Shown in pieces: positions 23,918 to 35,900 of a stretch of DNA of 64,000 nt. The DNA lies in assembly GCA_964016885.1 (NCBI GenBank), contig OZ024747.1, forward strand, positions 62,001-126,000. The letters run 5' to 3'. Positions within the stretch are counted from its first letter, which is position 1. Each line of letters opens with the position of its first letter. The stretch is from Eledone cirrhosa. Its lineage: Eukaryota. The notes under the pieces were generated by a model that did not search any database, was not told the DNA's origin, and saw nothing but the letters and a program-made list of their open reading frames with translations. The position numbers were made by a program, and so were the translations under genes.

Positions 23918-24350
23918 CTGGCAACTGACTTGGTAGACACCCATAAAATTATTAACCATCTTTCCAACATCAACCCTGAGAACCTTTTTCAATTCCATGT
24001 GTCTAAACCCATGGACATGCTTACAAAGTCAGAAAACAGCACAACTTCCATGACTTTTGGAAGCATTTTTTCATGCTCTGAGTTGCTGAAGCATGGAACA
24101 AACTACCTGCATCAGTTGTTAGCTGTCAAGACACTGCATCCTTCAAAACTTTCATGCTTCCCAAAATTCGCCAACACTACACCTGATATATCCCCTCCAT
24201 ACATGAGCACATATGTATCTGTGTGTACATCATGACTCATACACTGTTCACTTTCCTGACATCTGTACATTATTGTATGTACTATACATGTACCTTTAAT
24301 GAGTTGTAGTGCACTGTATACAATCATTTTTAATATTTATTTTATTTTAT
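23918..24350 (+). mobile_element. CR1-group LINE 3' end
   Basis: DLVDTHKII...RVAEAWNKLP motifs. Same family as 62995-63643. Confidence 0.75.
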
Positions 24351-25211
24351 TTATATCTACAACATGGGTAACTTCTATAGTATCTTTACTAGTTTTTTAA
24401 TAAATATAAATTTATTTTTGATGTAACTATAAATTGGTCAAATATACAGAAAAGAAAACAATATTGGAAAAGACTATAAATGATATAAATGAGAGGGAAA
24501 GAGCAAAGAATATTTTTTTTCTTTTCTTAGGGCAGATTACTGTAATACAGTGTTAAGTTCTCTGCAATACACTACTGATTTGGATTTGAATGGGGTGCCA
24601 TTTCAGGTCAACTTCTTATAAGAGCGAGTTGGAATGAAGAAGAAGAAGAGGAAGAAGGAGGAGGAGGAATATGAGGATAATGGGGAAGAAAGATTGAAGA
24701 GTTTGGCAAAGATATGGGGTTAGTTCTTGGGGTGCATTGTTTGAAGGTAATGAAAGGGATACTATAAAGATCGGTTACTTTGTTGGTATGAAATAGCTGG
24801 AGATGCTTTAGCATTTGGCATGTGTGTGAGTATGTGGCTCACAGCCTGGCAGAGAGAGAGAGAAAGAAAGTTAGTTCTGGAGAAGATTTATTTGGTGAGT
24901 CCAATGTGCCAGTACAGAATGAGAGTATAACACACAGAGCCATGATAATGTTTTTTGCTTGAATGGTGTCTCTGGGTAGTTCCCATGAATCAACAGGAAA
25001 TTGTTAAACACCCAATCTTGTAGGCCCCCTTCAATCACAAATGGCCATGGTTTTGCATCTAGAAAGTTCCCCTCTGAGGTACAAGCCTGAACAAGGTGTG
25101 TTTGTGGAAGGTCAACAGTTGCCCATGCATACCAGTCTTCCATCTCCAAACCACTGGCATTGTCCAAGAGAAAGGCAATGGCTGATACAGCTTGGCACCA
25201 GTAATGTCGCA

Positions 25212-25355
25212 ACTCATTTCTACAGCTGAGTGAACTGGAGCAACCTGAAATAAAGTGCTTTGCCTAAGGACACAACACATCACCCAGTCCGGGATTCAAA
25301 CTCACAACCTTACGATTGTGAGCTCAACACTCTAACCACTAAGCCTTGCACCTTC
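25212..25355 (-). mobile_element. tRNA/CORE SINE head fragment
   Basis: Matches the head and core of 283-613. Confidence 0.7.
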
Positions 25356-25559
25356 ATATAAATTATTGAAAACCAATATAACCACTCTCTTATAATTACT
25401 CCATAGAATTTGACTATATGAAGAAGTTTACGAGTTGATCAATGGTATTTGACTTATGTTATCAGCAAACTGTGTATCACATAAAACAGTGGGTTTCACT
25501 TACTTCTCCTTTGTGTCAATGTAAAGCTGAGATCTTGTTCATTAACAATGGTTTCCCTC

Positions 25560-26500
25560 ATGGCATAATACAGAGTGATTATGAAAAGATATGGTGACAA
25601 TGTGGTACTTTGAAGGACACATACTAGGATTTCAAAAATCTCAGTATCACTATCAGGAGAGAGAATTTGAGCTTCTGTGTTTATGTAGAGTATATTTATT
25701 TATACCAGAAACTATAAAACCAGGTATGTCATATGCAACTAGGATTGACATAAGTTTTCCTTTATGGATGGAGTCAATGAAAGTTAGTACAACTTTCAGG
25801 TTCTTTGATTTGATGCCTTCTCGTAGCTGTTGCACTGTCAACATTTGTGAGATAGTCAATCTATTTTGTCTGAAACCATTTTGATTTATTCTGATTTTCT
25901 GGTTTAGATGTGGTCTTATTCTGTTCAGTAGTATTCTTTTGTAGATTTTAGCTGCAACTACTGACAAAGTAATTCATAATTTGCTGTATATCCCAGGTCA
26001 CCTTTCTTGAGTAGAGGCACTATTCCTCCTTTTCTCTAGATTTTCGGCATATCTCTGAAGGTCTTTTGGCAGATTTTAAGCAGCTCATTGTTCCTGCATA
26101 CTTTACATACTTGAGCCTGTAGCTTTGTTGTTCATAAAGTTGAATCTTCCGCCAGGAAAATTGGTCTACACATAAATGTCACCAAGACAGATGGAAACAT
26201 GTCACACTGGATGGCGGAATACTAAACTGAATTGATAATTTTCTATATTTGGGACAGCTGGATGAGCTCATTAAAAAAAAAAAATGCATATTCATATAAG
26301 AATTTTCAAAGTCTGGGCTGCACTGAATAAAATGGAAAGGATTAGAAGTGTGATCTACCCAGAAAACTCAAAATATAATTCTTCAGAACATCTGTTAAGT
26401 CAGTGTTGTTGTATGGATCAAGTACATGGACCTTCATACAAGCAATTGAGAAGAAACTAGATGGTGCATACACTAAAATACTTAGGGTTGTACAAAACAT
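25560..26500. mobile_element. RTE-group LINE relic with inverted 5' part
   Basis: AAKIYKRILLNRIR...NQNGFR on the - strand (25560-26110). SVLLYGSSTWT...KKLDGAYTKILR on the + strand (26230-26500). Confidence 0.7.
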
Positions 26501-26969
26501 AAACTCCCTATCATCTTATATAAAGAAAAACACATTGGATAATGTAGTCCTAGATATTGGAAAAGTTGGTGTATGTATGGGAGTGGTGGTGGTGATTATG
26601 AGTGGGAGGCATTTGATGCTAGGGTTGTCCAGGGCTATACAACATACTAAACAGTAAAATTAGAGACAAATAGTTTAATTAAAATTAAAATTAACAATAA
26701 AGGAGAATATTAAAAAAAGAAAACCCCCAAAGAAAAAAATGTGGATTGCTTTAAAACATCTCTGTAACTTTTAAAGATTATGCCTAGAATATTATGAATA
26801 TCAGATATTCTTATTCTACAACTAAAAAAAAAAAAAAAAATGCAGTCATACATTTTCGAATATTTGCAGTGTGATGGAATGAAACGACTGCCAGAAAATT
26901 ACGTTTCGAAATTTCTTTTAACTATATTTGATATAGGTCATCATTACATTTTGAAAGGTTGCTTTAGTA

Positions 26970-27442
26970 TCTTAAACTATGATAAAGTAAGGAGTGCGGG
27001 ACTGCGTACGGTTTATAATTTTTTTTATCCCATTAGTAAAATAAGTTGGATTACTTTGAATAAATAATGAATGAATATTACATAATTTATCTACTAAATT
27101 TCGTAGCTGTTGATTAAATATATTTTATAATTTATTTAAAGATTCACTTCTTTAAAATTTTCAAATGTCAACACTTCCAGTTAGCAATCGCTTAAATAAA
27201 CATTCATATAATTTTCTCCTAATGCAGTTTATATATAATATCGTGTTATTTTAAAAATGTATCATGAATTACGTTACTGATTACACGAGACAGTGTAACG
27301 CAGTCTTCGTTCAATTTCTGTGGATATTGTCAATTACGATTTTATTTGATGTATCATACTACATGCATATATACTTGCGTATATCAATATGCACACTACA
27401 CATGTTAGCAGAAAACCAGCCGAAGGGTGGTTTTTCTGTAAG
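26970..27442 (+). mobile_element. Non-autonomous Helitron-like element (other copies 31134-31567 and 40413-40985 on -)
   Basis: A|TC 5' end, 3' hairpin GCAGAAAACCA..TGGTTTTTCTGT, ends AAG|T. Three collinear copies. Confidence 0.6.
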
Positions 27443-27840
27443 TCTTGCTGTGTGATATACTTCTTTCCCGGAAACTTCCTAATAAATAATCGTATTTTTG
27501 TTTACCTTTTTAATTGTGTTCTTTTGTTTCCTTTTTCAACAATTATAACTTAATAAGTTGACTTACATTTAAAAAAATTAATTAACTGTTCAACGAAGGT
27601 TCTGGGCAATAAAAACAATAGTAGTATTTTATAATAATAACTTTTTTTAGGCTTTTATTTAATCAGTTCGGTAATTCAAGAAAGCCGTATTATTTTTTAA
27701 CATACCCCATTATTATTACGTTCAATTTTAATTACGCCGCTTTTCTCCAGCTTTACCCCTCAACCAAACGTTTTGTGTATTTATCTCCCTTGTCTAGAAG
27801 TCGCTCTTCAGTGTGAATGATTGAATCGTGTTGTAACTGT

Positions 27841-27919
27841 CACCGGTACGAAATGGCGGTTTTCTTGGATGTTTAAGCACATTACTACTACAAGAAGTTC
27901 AAAGAATTTTTAGTTAAAG
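27841..27919 (+). promoter_or_regulatory. Candidate NUP155 non-coding first exon / TSS region with YY1-type motif
   Basis: AAATGGCGG at 27851-27859 and donor AAG|GTGAGA at 27919/27920. The ATG-containing exon has an acceptor at 30526, so an upstream exon is expected. Confidence 0.5.
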
Positions 27920-30561
27920 GTGAGATCAATTCAGTTACTTTTTTTCATTAATGATTATGTTATAAGTTATTTATAATTGTAATTATTTTTACTTCCTTCC
28001 CCAACAATCTATTTCGAAATGTGCTTGTATATATATATATATATTGTATTTGTACTCTCTCATGTGGCCAGCATGATATCACCGACCACACTTCTGTTTA
28101 GAAAGGAACACGTGAGATTCCACTAGCAGACAGTTATAACAATAGTAATTGCAGTAATAATAATGATGCTTTACATAGGCAGACATTTTCAGTTGTTATA
28201 GAGGAATTTTATATTGAGATATTTGTCTTCCCAAATGTAATATTACAAAGCTCTTATCGTTCCAGAAAAACATTAAGGCATCAACGCTGCAACATCTCGT
28301 ATATGATGTCTTTTCCCCCCACCACACTGGCATGAAAACAGATAAAATTAATAATTGTTTCTACTTTTTTAGCACAAGGCCAGCAATTACTCAGTGATTA
28401 CTGGTACTTTATTTTATCGACAACGTAAGGATGAACGGCAAAGTTAACCTCGGCGGGATTTGAACTCAGAATGGAAAGGGCCGTATCTCTATGCGTCAAA
28501 GCATGGCGTCCGACCCTCTACCGATACTGCCAATAAAATTAATAATAAACAAAAAAATGGAATATATATATCACCATATATAGGTTCATAATTGACTCGC
28601 TTTTAAAATATTGGTAAACTATCAAGCAATATAAGAATATCCTACTAATTTCAACTGTCCTTGTATTGTGTAGCTTAATTTATACTTAGTCCTCTTCAAC
28701 CAGTGACGAAACTGCACAAGTAATCCGCTTTTTCATGCACTCTAACAAGGGCTCATTTCCTTGTTCAAGTGATATGTAAATGAGATATTCTTTAGAGAGA
28801 AAAACAGCAGCTGATTCCAACTCCTTTAACTCTTTTCAACCGTAACTACGTCTCATTGTCTTCAGACGAGAGAAGAAATTCAACTGACCAGCTCTGTTAA
28901 GAAGGAATGCGATAATAAACCTACCAAACGGTTAGACTTCTAACGGAAGTGTATATGAAGGTATATGTTTGTGTATAATAAACATATGTCTCGCTATGAA
29001 TGTTTTAAGCTGTGATCATGTCACAGTTATCTCTTTAGTCATGTGAGAACGCCACACTAATGTTTCTGAATTTGCATATATTGTTAGCTTGATTTGAATT
29101 TCTTAACACTTCTTCACCTAGTGATCAACATCCATGCACATCACATGTCCATACTAGCACAGTCTCCTGCCTATGTATGTATATATGTATATTTATTCAT
29201 GTACAATGTTGGACTAACTAAAAAAGATGGTGCTGTATAAAAATGTGCATATGCACATCAGTGTCATGTATAAAGCAAACCAATAAATCTTAGTGATGAG
29301 GTCACGGAGACACTGTTATTGCAAGACACCTCACAGCCAATACAAGTCCCCTTCTGTCTATGTAACCAAGACTGATCTTTTATTCTCAACAACTTTGGTT
29401 ACACAACTCCCATATAGTGACATGGCTTCTCAACCAAGACAATTGAACTACCTTGTTGTATATGATAAATGTACTGACAATGGAGAGTAGACATAGACTC
29501 TTATCATCGTTTAATGTCCATTTTCCACGCTAGCATGGGTAGGACTCTGTAAGCTGAAATGAAAGTAACCTGTCAAGGACAGCAGGAACCATGAAGAATG
29601 TTACTGTTAGCTTCTGTGGTAGCTACAACTAATCCACCATTATGGATACAGCCATTATTCCCAGGAGACATAGGCTTCTATTGTGAAACCTTCAGTAACT
29701 AAACTTGTCTCATATATCAATAAGACAAGGTCTTTCGGCTGAAGTTGGGCACTCCAAACAACCTGTATGTATGTAAACTGATGCAGATTGAAGGGGACTG
29801 ATTAGTTCTACTGCAGAAAACCATTTTCGTGCTGTTAGCATGATAAACTGCACCCAGTCAATGTAAAGCAGTTGGTGATAGAAATAGCACCTAGTTGTAA
29901 AGACAATGTTAGAAAAAGGAAGAAAGATATGTGAACCCTAATAACCACAGCTCCTGCAATAACTCTGAATATAAAATGGTACCAGTTAGAAATGATTCTA
30001 GTCTTAACACTTAACATCTCAAGAGTCAGACATGCAATAAAATTCACCCAGTCCATCTTATAGAATAGTTAACCATAGGTAGGATATCTAGTTGTCAAAA
30101 TCTACAACACAAATAAAATGCATGATGTATGCAACAAAGATTGTTGGGGTTTCTCTGTTATAAGCCCCAGATGAGGTCTGCATCTCATGTATAGTCAGAC
30201 GTTCTACTATCACCTCTCACGTACAGTCACACATTCTACTGAGTCAACAAGAGAGGTTCTTATGTCTTTGACTCAACTGAAGGGTCCTCTAAAATATTTG
30301 GCAAGCTCTCTATGGCTGCATACCCTTGACATGCCTGCAGGGTCCTCCCAACCCTTTGTTTAGCAGCTTTCTATGACTGAATGCTCTTCCTATCACCAAC
30401 AGCCTTACAGAATGTACTGGGTGCCTTTATCATGTAGATCACCAACACTGTTATGTCTTATATACTGCCATTTTTTAATGTTCTTTTTTTTTATGGTATA
30501 TATTTTTGTTTTATTTTTCTCTTCAGGTGACAAACAGACTGATCGTTTCCTGAAGTAGCCA

Positions 30562-30733
30562 ATGTCTCATTTAGTGAGCCCTAGCGGCAGTGTTGGCATG
30601 AATATGGTATCACCCCTGGTTGTGGTAAGCCAAAAGGACTCTCTAGAATGTTCCGTTATGCAGATCGACACTCATATCCAGGAGGATGACAAATTCCAAG
30701 ACTTGTCATACCTTTTGCATGTTCCTGCCGATA
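30562..30733 (+). CDS. NUP155: NUP155 coding exon 1
   Basis: Acceptor cttcAG at 30526. In-frame TAG two codons before ATG 30562. Donor A|GTAAGT. Confidence 0.85.
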
Positions 30734-32894
30734 GTAAGTTATGTTATTGATTTAAAAAAAACTGAGTACCTGTGACTTCATGCATGGTGTGTAATATATT
30801 CTATTATATATATTCTTTTGGTGTCGATAAAATAAGGTACCAGTTGCATATTGGGGTTGATATAATTGACTTTTCCCCCTTCCCTCATATTGCTGGCCTT
30901 GTGCCAAATGTAGAAACAATTATTATTGTTAGTGGAGGGCAGTGGATTGGCAGGATCGGTAGGGCTTCAGATAACATTTATGGTCTGAGTTAAAATCCTG
31001 ATGAGGTTAGCCTTGCCTTTCATCTTTACGGATATGATAAACTAAAGCACCAGTAATCCACTGGGATCGATTTAATCCTCCTCCAAAATTGTTGGTTTTG
31101 TACCTAAATTAAAAACCATTAATTTATTATTAGCACCTTCGGGTGGTTTTCTGCTAGCATGTGTAGTGTGCATATTGATATTATATGCAAATATCAAATG
31201 AAATCCTAATTGACAATATGCACAGAAATTGAACGAAGTCTGCGTTTCACTCTCTTCTGTAATCAGTAACGTAATCCATGATACATTTAAAAAAAGACGA
31301 TATTATATATAAACTGTATTAGGAGAAATTTAGCGACATAGTTACGTCCCTTTGCGGTCTGAGTTCAAATCCCACCGAGGTTAACTTTGCCTTTCATCCT
31401 TACGGGGTCGATAAAATAAAGTACCAGTAATGTACTGGGTAATTGATGGCCTTGTGCCAAAAGTAGAAACAATTATTTATTCAAAGTAATCCAACTTATT
31501 TTACAAACGGGATAAAAAGATATATTCTGGACGCAGTCCCGCGCTTCTCCCTTTATTATAGTTAAGATAGTAGTAGTTCTGCTTATCTTACCATCATAAA
31601 TAACAGATACAGCTTATTTTTTTAAGCATTGACAAGATCATGTTTGAAAACTGAGAAACAGAAGCAGGCAAAATGTTGATCTTTGTAAGACCGATACATT
31701 GGTGGTTGTTGAGTTTTGTAAGACCGGTACATTGGTGGTTGTTGACTTTTGTAAGACCAGTACATTGGTGGTTGTTGACCTTTGTAAGACCGATACATTG
31801 GTGGGTGTTGATCTGATAGTAACCTTGATGGATCTCTTGTTCTGCTGGTTCACATACATATGGAGGCACATGGCTTAGTGGTTAGAGCATTGGGCTTGCA
31901 ATCGAAATTCTCAGACTGAGTGATGTGTTGTTTCCTTGAGCAAGACACTTTATTTCACATTGCTCCAGTTTACTCAGCTGTAGAAATGAGATGATAGGCC
32001 TGGGGTCCCTATCATTCCAGTGCAAAGTGGTCGTGGAGGTGCCACGGCAAAAAAAACACCCAGCACTCACTGTAAATGAGGTTGGTGTTAGGAAGGGCAT
32101 CCAGCTGTAGAAATCAAGCCGGAATCAGTTCCCCTCCCACCCTTGCAAGCAGGGAAAAGTGGACGTAAAATGATGATGATGATATAGACTCCAAAAAAAG
32201 GTATGTTTGGCTTGTCATATTAACTATTGAAGATGATGGAATAGCATATATGTGTGTGTATGTGTGTATATATATATCATCATCATCATCTTCGTTTAAT
32301 GTCCATCTTCCACGCTAGCAAGGGTTAGACGGGAATTGTCCCACTTGAGGAAAGATTGGTTGGGTGACCGTGTCTCGCTCATATAGGACTATCTGGCAGG
32401 TTTTCTACGGCTGGATGCCCTTCCTAACACCAACCACATTTACAGTGTGGAACTGGGAACTTTTTACCGTGTTACCTACACTGCCACATTACAGTGTGGA
32501 CTGTGTTTTTTTTGTCGTGACACCTACACAATCTCGATCTCATTATCTCATTTATTTGGACTGAATGTTGTGGTACCAACTTTACAGAGAGAGGTTGGTG
32601 GGAGTGGGAGGATAGAGTAGGGGTAGTGGATTGGGGTGTATATTTGGTTAAGAGGTGCCTACTGACTGTAGGTTTCGCTTTGCACATAGGCAAGGTGGGT
32701 CTTCTGTATTACTGCGTAGCGCCAAAGATCAAAGATCTCGGTCCAGTGACATTGTCTTAGAGAGGTGCAAGTGTGTAAGGTCGGAATTTATCAAATCGTC
32801 CCAGGTTTTATATATATATATATATAGTTGAAAAAGGGAAGAATAACATGGTCAACAGTACAATTCGGATTACCTATAACGATATATTGTTATC

Positions 32895-32944
<50 letters not shown>

Positions 32945-35900
32945 TTTCTTCCAGATTCACCATCAGTAAGTGGACTTCATGATTATGACTATCCCACATT
33001 TTTAAATGGAAGGGTTGGCATTGAAATTTTCGCTGACATTGGAGATATGAAGAAGGTGCCACTACCTCCAGAATTAGTTGAACATTTTGGTCGTATCCTT
33101 TTTTTATTGTTGAGAATTCCAGGTCACCTGGTAAGAGTGAATAGAATTTTACTTGAATGAATGAAATGGCTCTGGATTCACTGCTGTGTCATATCTGTGC
33201 TCAACACACTTTACTCTCATCTATTCATATTATCTTTTGAAACATGAACCAAGAAGGGTGCCTCTAATTGGTCACTCATTCTGCTTGAAATAGCTGCCCA
33301 ATTTTCAAATCACATCCACGCATCTTAAAAAGAGCAAAACACATTCAATAATGTCATCTAAGCTATCCCTAACTGGTCATAGCTAGAATGCCTTTTGTTA
33401 TAGGTTAACTTGATCATAGTAGATTTGAGTCTAAACAATATTTACTTCTCAAGACAACAAAGTAGCCTCTGTATGGTTGCTTGTTCCATTAGAAATAGCA
33501 ATCCTATGATGTTGAGCAGAAAAGGAAGAAACAAACAAGCACAAAATCACATGTACAAATATACACATTCACCCAGCAATCACCATCCATGTGCATCACA
33601 TGACCAATGCAGTCTTCTCTGTTACACACCACTTTTGATTCCTCTATATAATTATTTTTAGTTAATATATTTAATGCTCTAATATTGTTTTTGTTTTTTC
33701 ATGAGTAAAGTTATCATTTCTTTAAACAATTCTAGTTTTCTTCAACAATTGTGCAGTCTTTACTAAGTGATTTTCTCATTGCTTCTTTGGCAAAGTGAAG
33801 TGAAGCCCGTTTTTCTGAGATCAAAACATGTCCATAAATGTCTCCCTTACTTGCCAAAGATAATTAAAACAATATTAGTCAAGATATAATACTATTATAT
33901 CCTCACTACATGATTATTTATAGTTATATAAGTGCCCTGTTAGAAATATTAAAAGTAACTTAACTTTAAATATAATCATTTTCTTTTAGAAAGGTCAACA
34001 TATTTTTTTTATTTAGATTAATTAACAAAAAAAATTTTCTTTTTTGTTTTTAATCCTGAAAAAGTAAGATTTGTCTTTCTCTTGCTTGACAAGGCCGGAG
34101 TCGTCCTTAGCCAGTGATCCCAGAAGCATCATGCGTTGACACAACAATGTCCACCAGCTCCCACCATTGCTGGATGTCTTGTGCCAGCTCATCTGCATTC
34201 TCCAAGGTGATGTTGAGCCTTTGGAGATCTTCGCTGATGACATCTAACCATCTGGTGTAGGGCCTCTTTCAGCCTGCAGTTGATGTGTCGAATGAGAGTA
34301 AGGTTCTGGTAGGATGATCTGGTGGAAAGCGGAGGACATGTCCATACCAGTGTATGCGGCGAGAAGCTATGGACTGATATATGTACACATGCAACACTTT
34401 GTTTGGAATGTCGTGGTGCCGGCTGATGCTTTTGATGGTACTCAGGGCTCTGCTATTGAAGATGTTGATTTTCTTTGTGAGGGACCATGTTTCTGCTCCA
34501 TAGAATTGGAATGGGTTTTAGCTGACCTTTATTTTAATTCCCTGCCAGAACCTCTTCACTTAGGTTTCTCATGTCTATTCTAAAATAAAGAGAAAACACC
34601 ATGGCTTTCTATTTTCCATTTCCCTTCATTGTATCTTGTGAACCATTTCATAGTTTTCTGGCAAACACTGCAGAGCTAGGGTGTTTTGCATTCCAGTTAT
34701 TATTTATTTTTAAAGCAAAGTTACTGTATATTTGGCTGGAGACACCATCAAGAAATGCACAACACACATTTTCATAAAGTTTTCATGTCTTCCTGTATCA
34801 GTAAGAAATCTTGCTGAAGTCAACAAGAGAGTCTCTGTGTGGTTGTTTGATTTACTAGAAAGAACAGATAAGTCTCCCTCATCACATGCCTACCATCTAG
34901 AAAAGAAAGATACTTTTGATAATATTCAATGCACTGCCTGGGAAAGATTGTGGTTGAAACATCTCTATGGCTGGCACATGGAAATAAACAACAGCATCGG
35001 TATTTTCATTATTGTTCTTAAGTTCAAATTCTGTTGGTGTTTGCTTTCTGCTGTTCACTTTCTGGAATTGCCTTTTAGTTACACATCCTTCTGGCCCTGT
35101 ACAAGACGTAATCAGATATGAGTTATGTATTGTGAACAACTGTAAAATGTTTGGTGTTAGGAAAGGCATCCATCCATAGAAACCAAGCCAAATAAAAGGT
35201 TGGGAGAAACCCCTCCAGTCGTGTCAAATACATGACAACCTCTCTGGGGCTGGTGCCATGATAAGATGGACTTGGTACAATGTAGAGGCAAATCCCAGCC
35301 TGTCTGGAAGGTTAGTGGCCCTACTTCAGTACAAACTCGGTCTGTGAGGACACATCCAACCCTTGCTAGGAGGGAAAGTGGATGTTAAATGATGATATAT
35401 TATCTTCATTGTCTTGTAAAACAATTCACTTTTTCCTTTCTGTAAAATGAACCCATATTTGCCTTGTTGATCCTTAAATATTCACCAGACATGCAATGTC
35501 AGTGTTCCATGGGGTTGTTTCCTGAAATTGAGAGGGCATGGCTTGCAATTGATAGTGATATTTATATCTGGAGATATGAAGATGGGTAAGTAACTTGTTT
35601 TATTCTTTCTTGGATTATATATATATATAAATCAGAATGGATGCAGTAAAATTCAGTTAGACCATTACCAGAGTACTCGATAGTTTGAATCTAGCTGCTG
35701 TCGGGGGGCCCTGAATTCTTCATATATATATATATACACACACATACTTTCCCATGTGAAGCAGAGGGCGGAGAGAGAAGCCAGGGCCATAGAAAATATT
35801 AAATCAAACTCTAAATTTGCAAGAGAAACTGCCTTGGTACACTGCAAGATTGGGCCACTCTTCCATAAAGATGGTTCATTAACTGAGGATCCCCAAGGGA

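Noticed and set aside
31862-31920. tRNA gene candidates in SINE heads (also 540-613, 25285-25355, 43030-43100)
   Set aside because: A/B boxes are present, but no complete cloverleaf or acceptor stem could be formed, and they run into SINE bodies.
35631-35721. Another hammerhead-like motif (minus strand TGAAGA...TTCAAAC)
   Set aside because: It lacks the leading C and the G of GAAA, so it is too degenerate to call.
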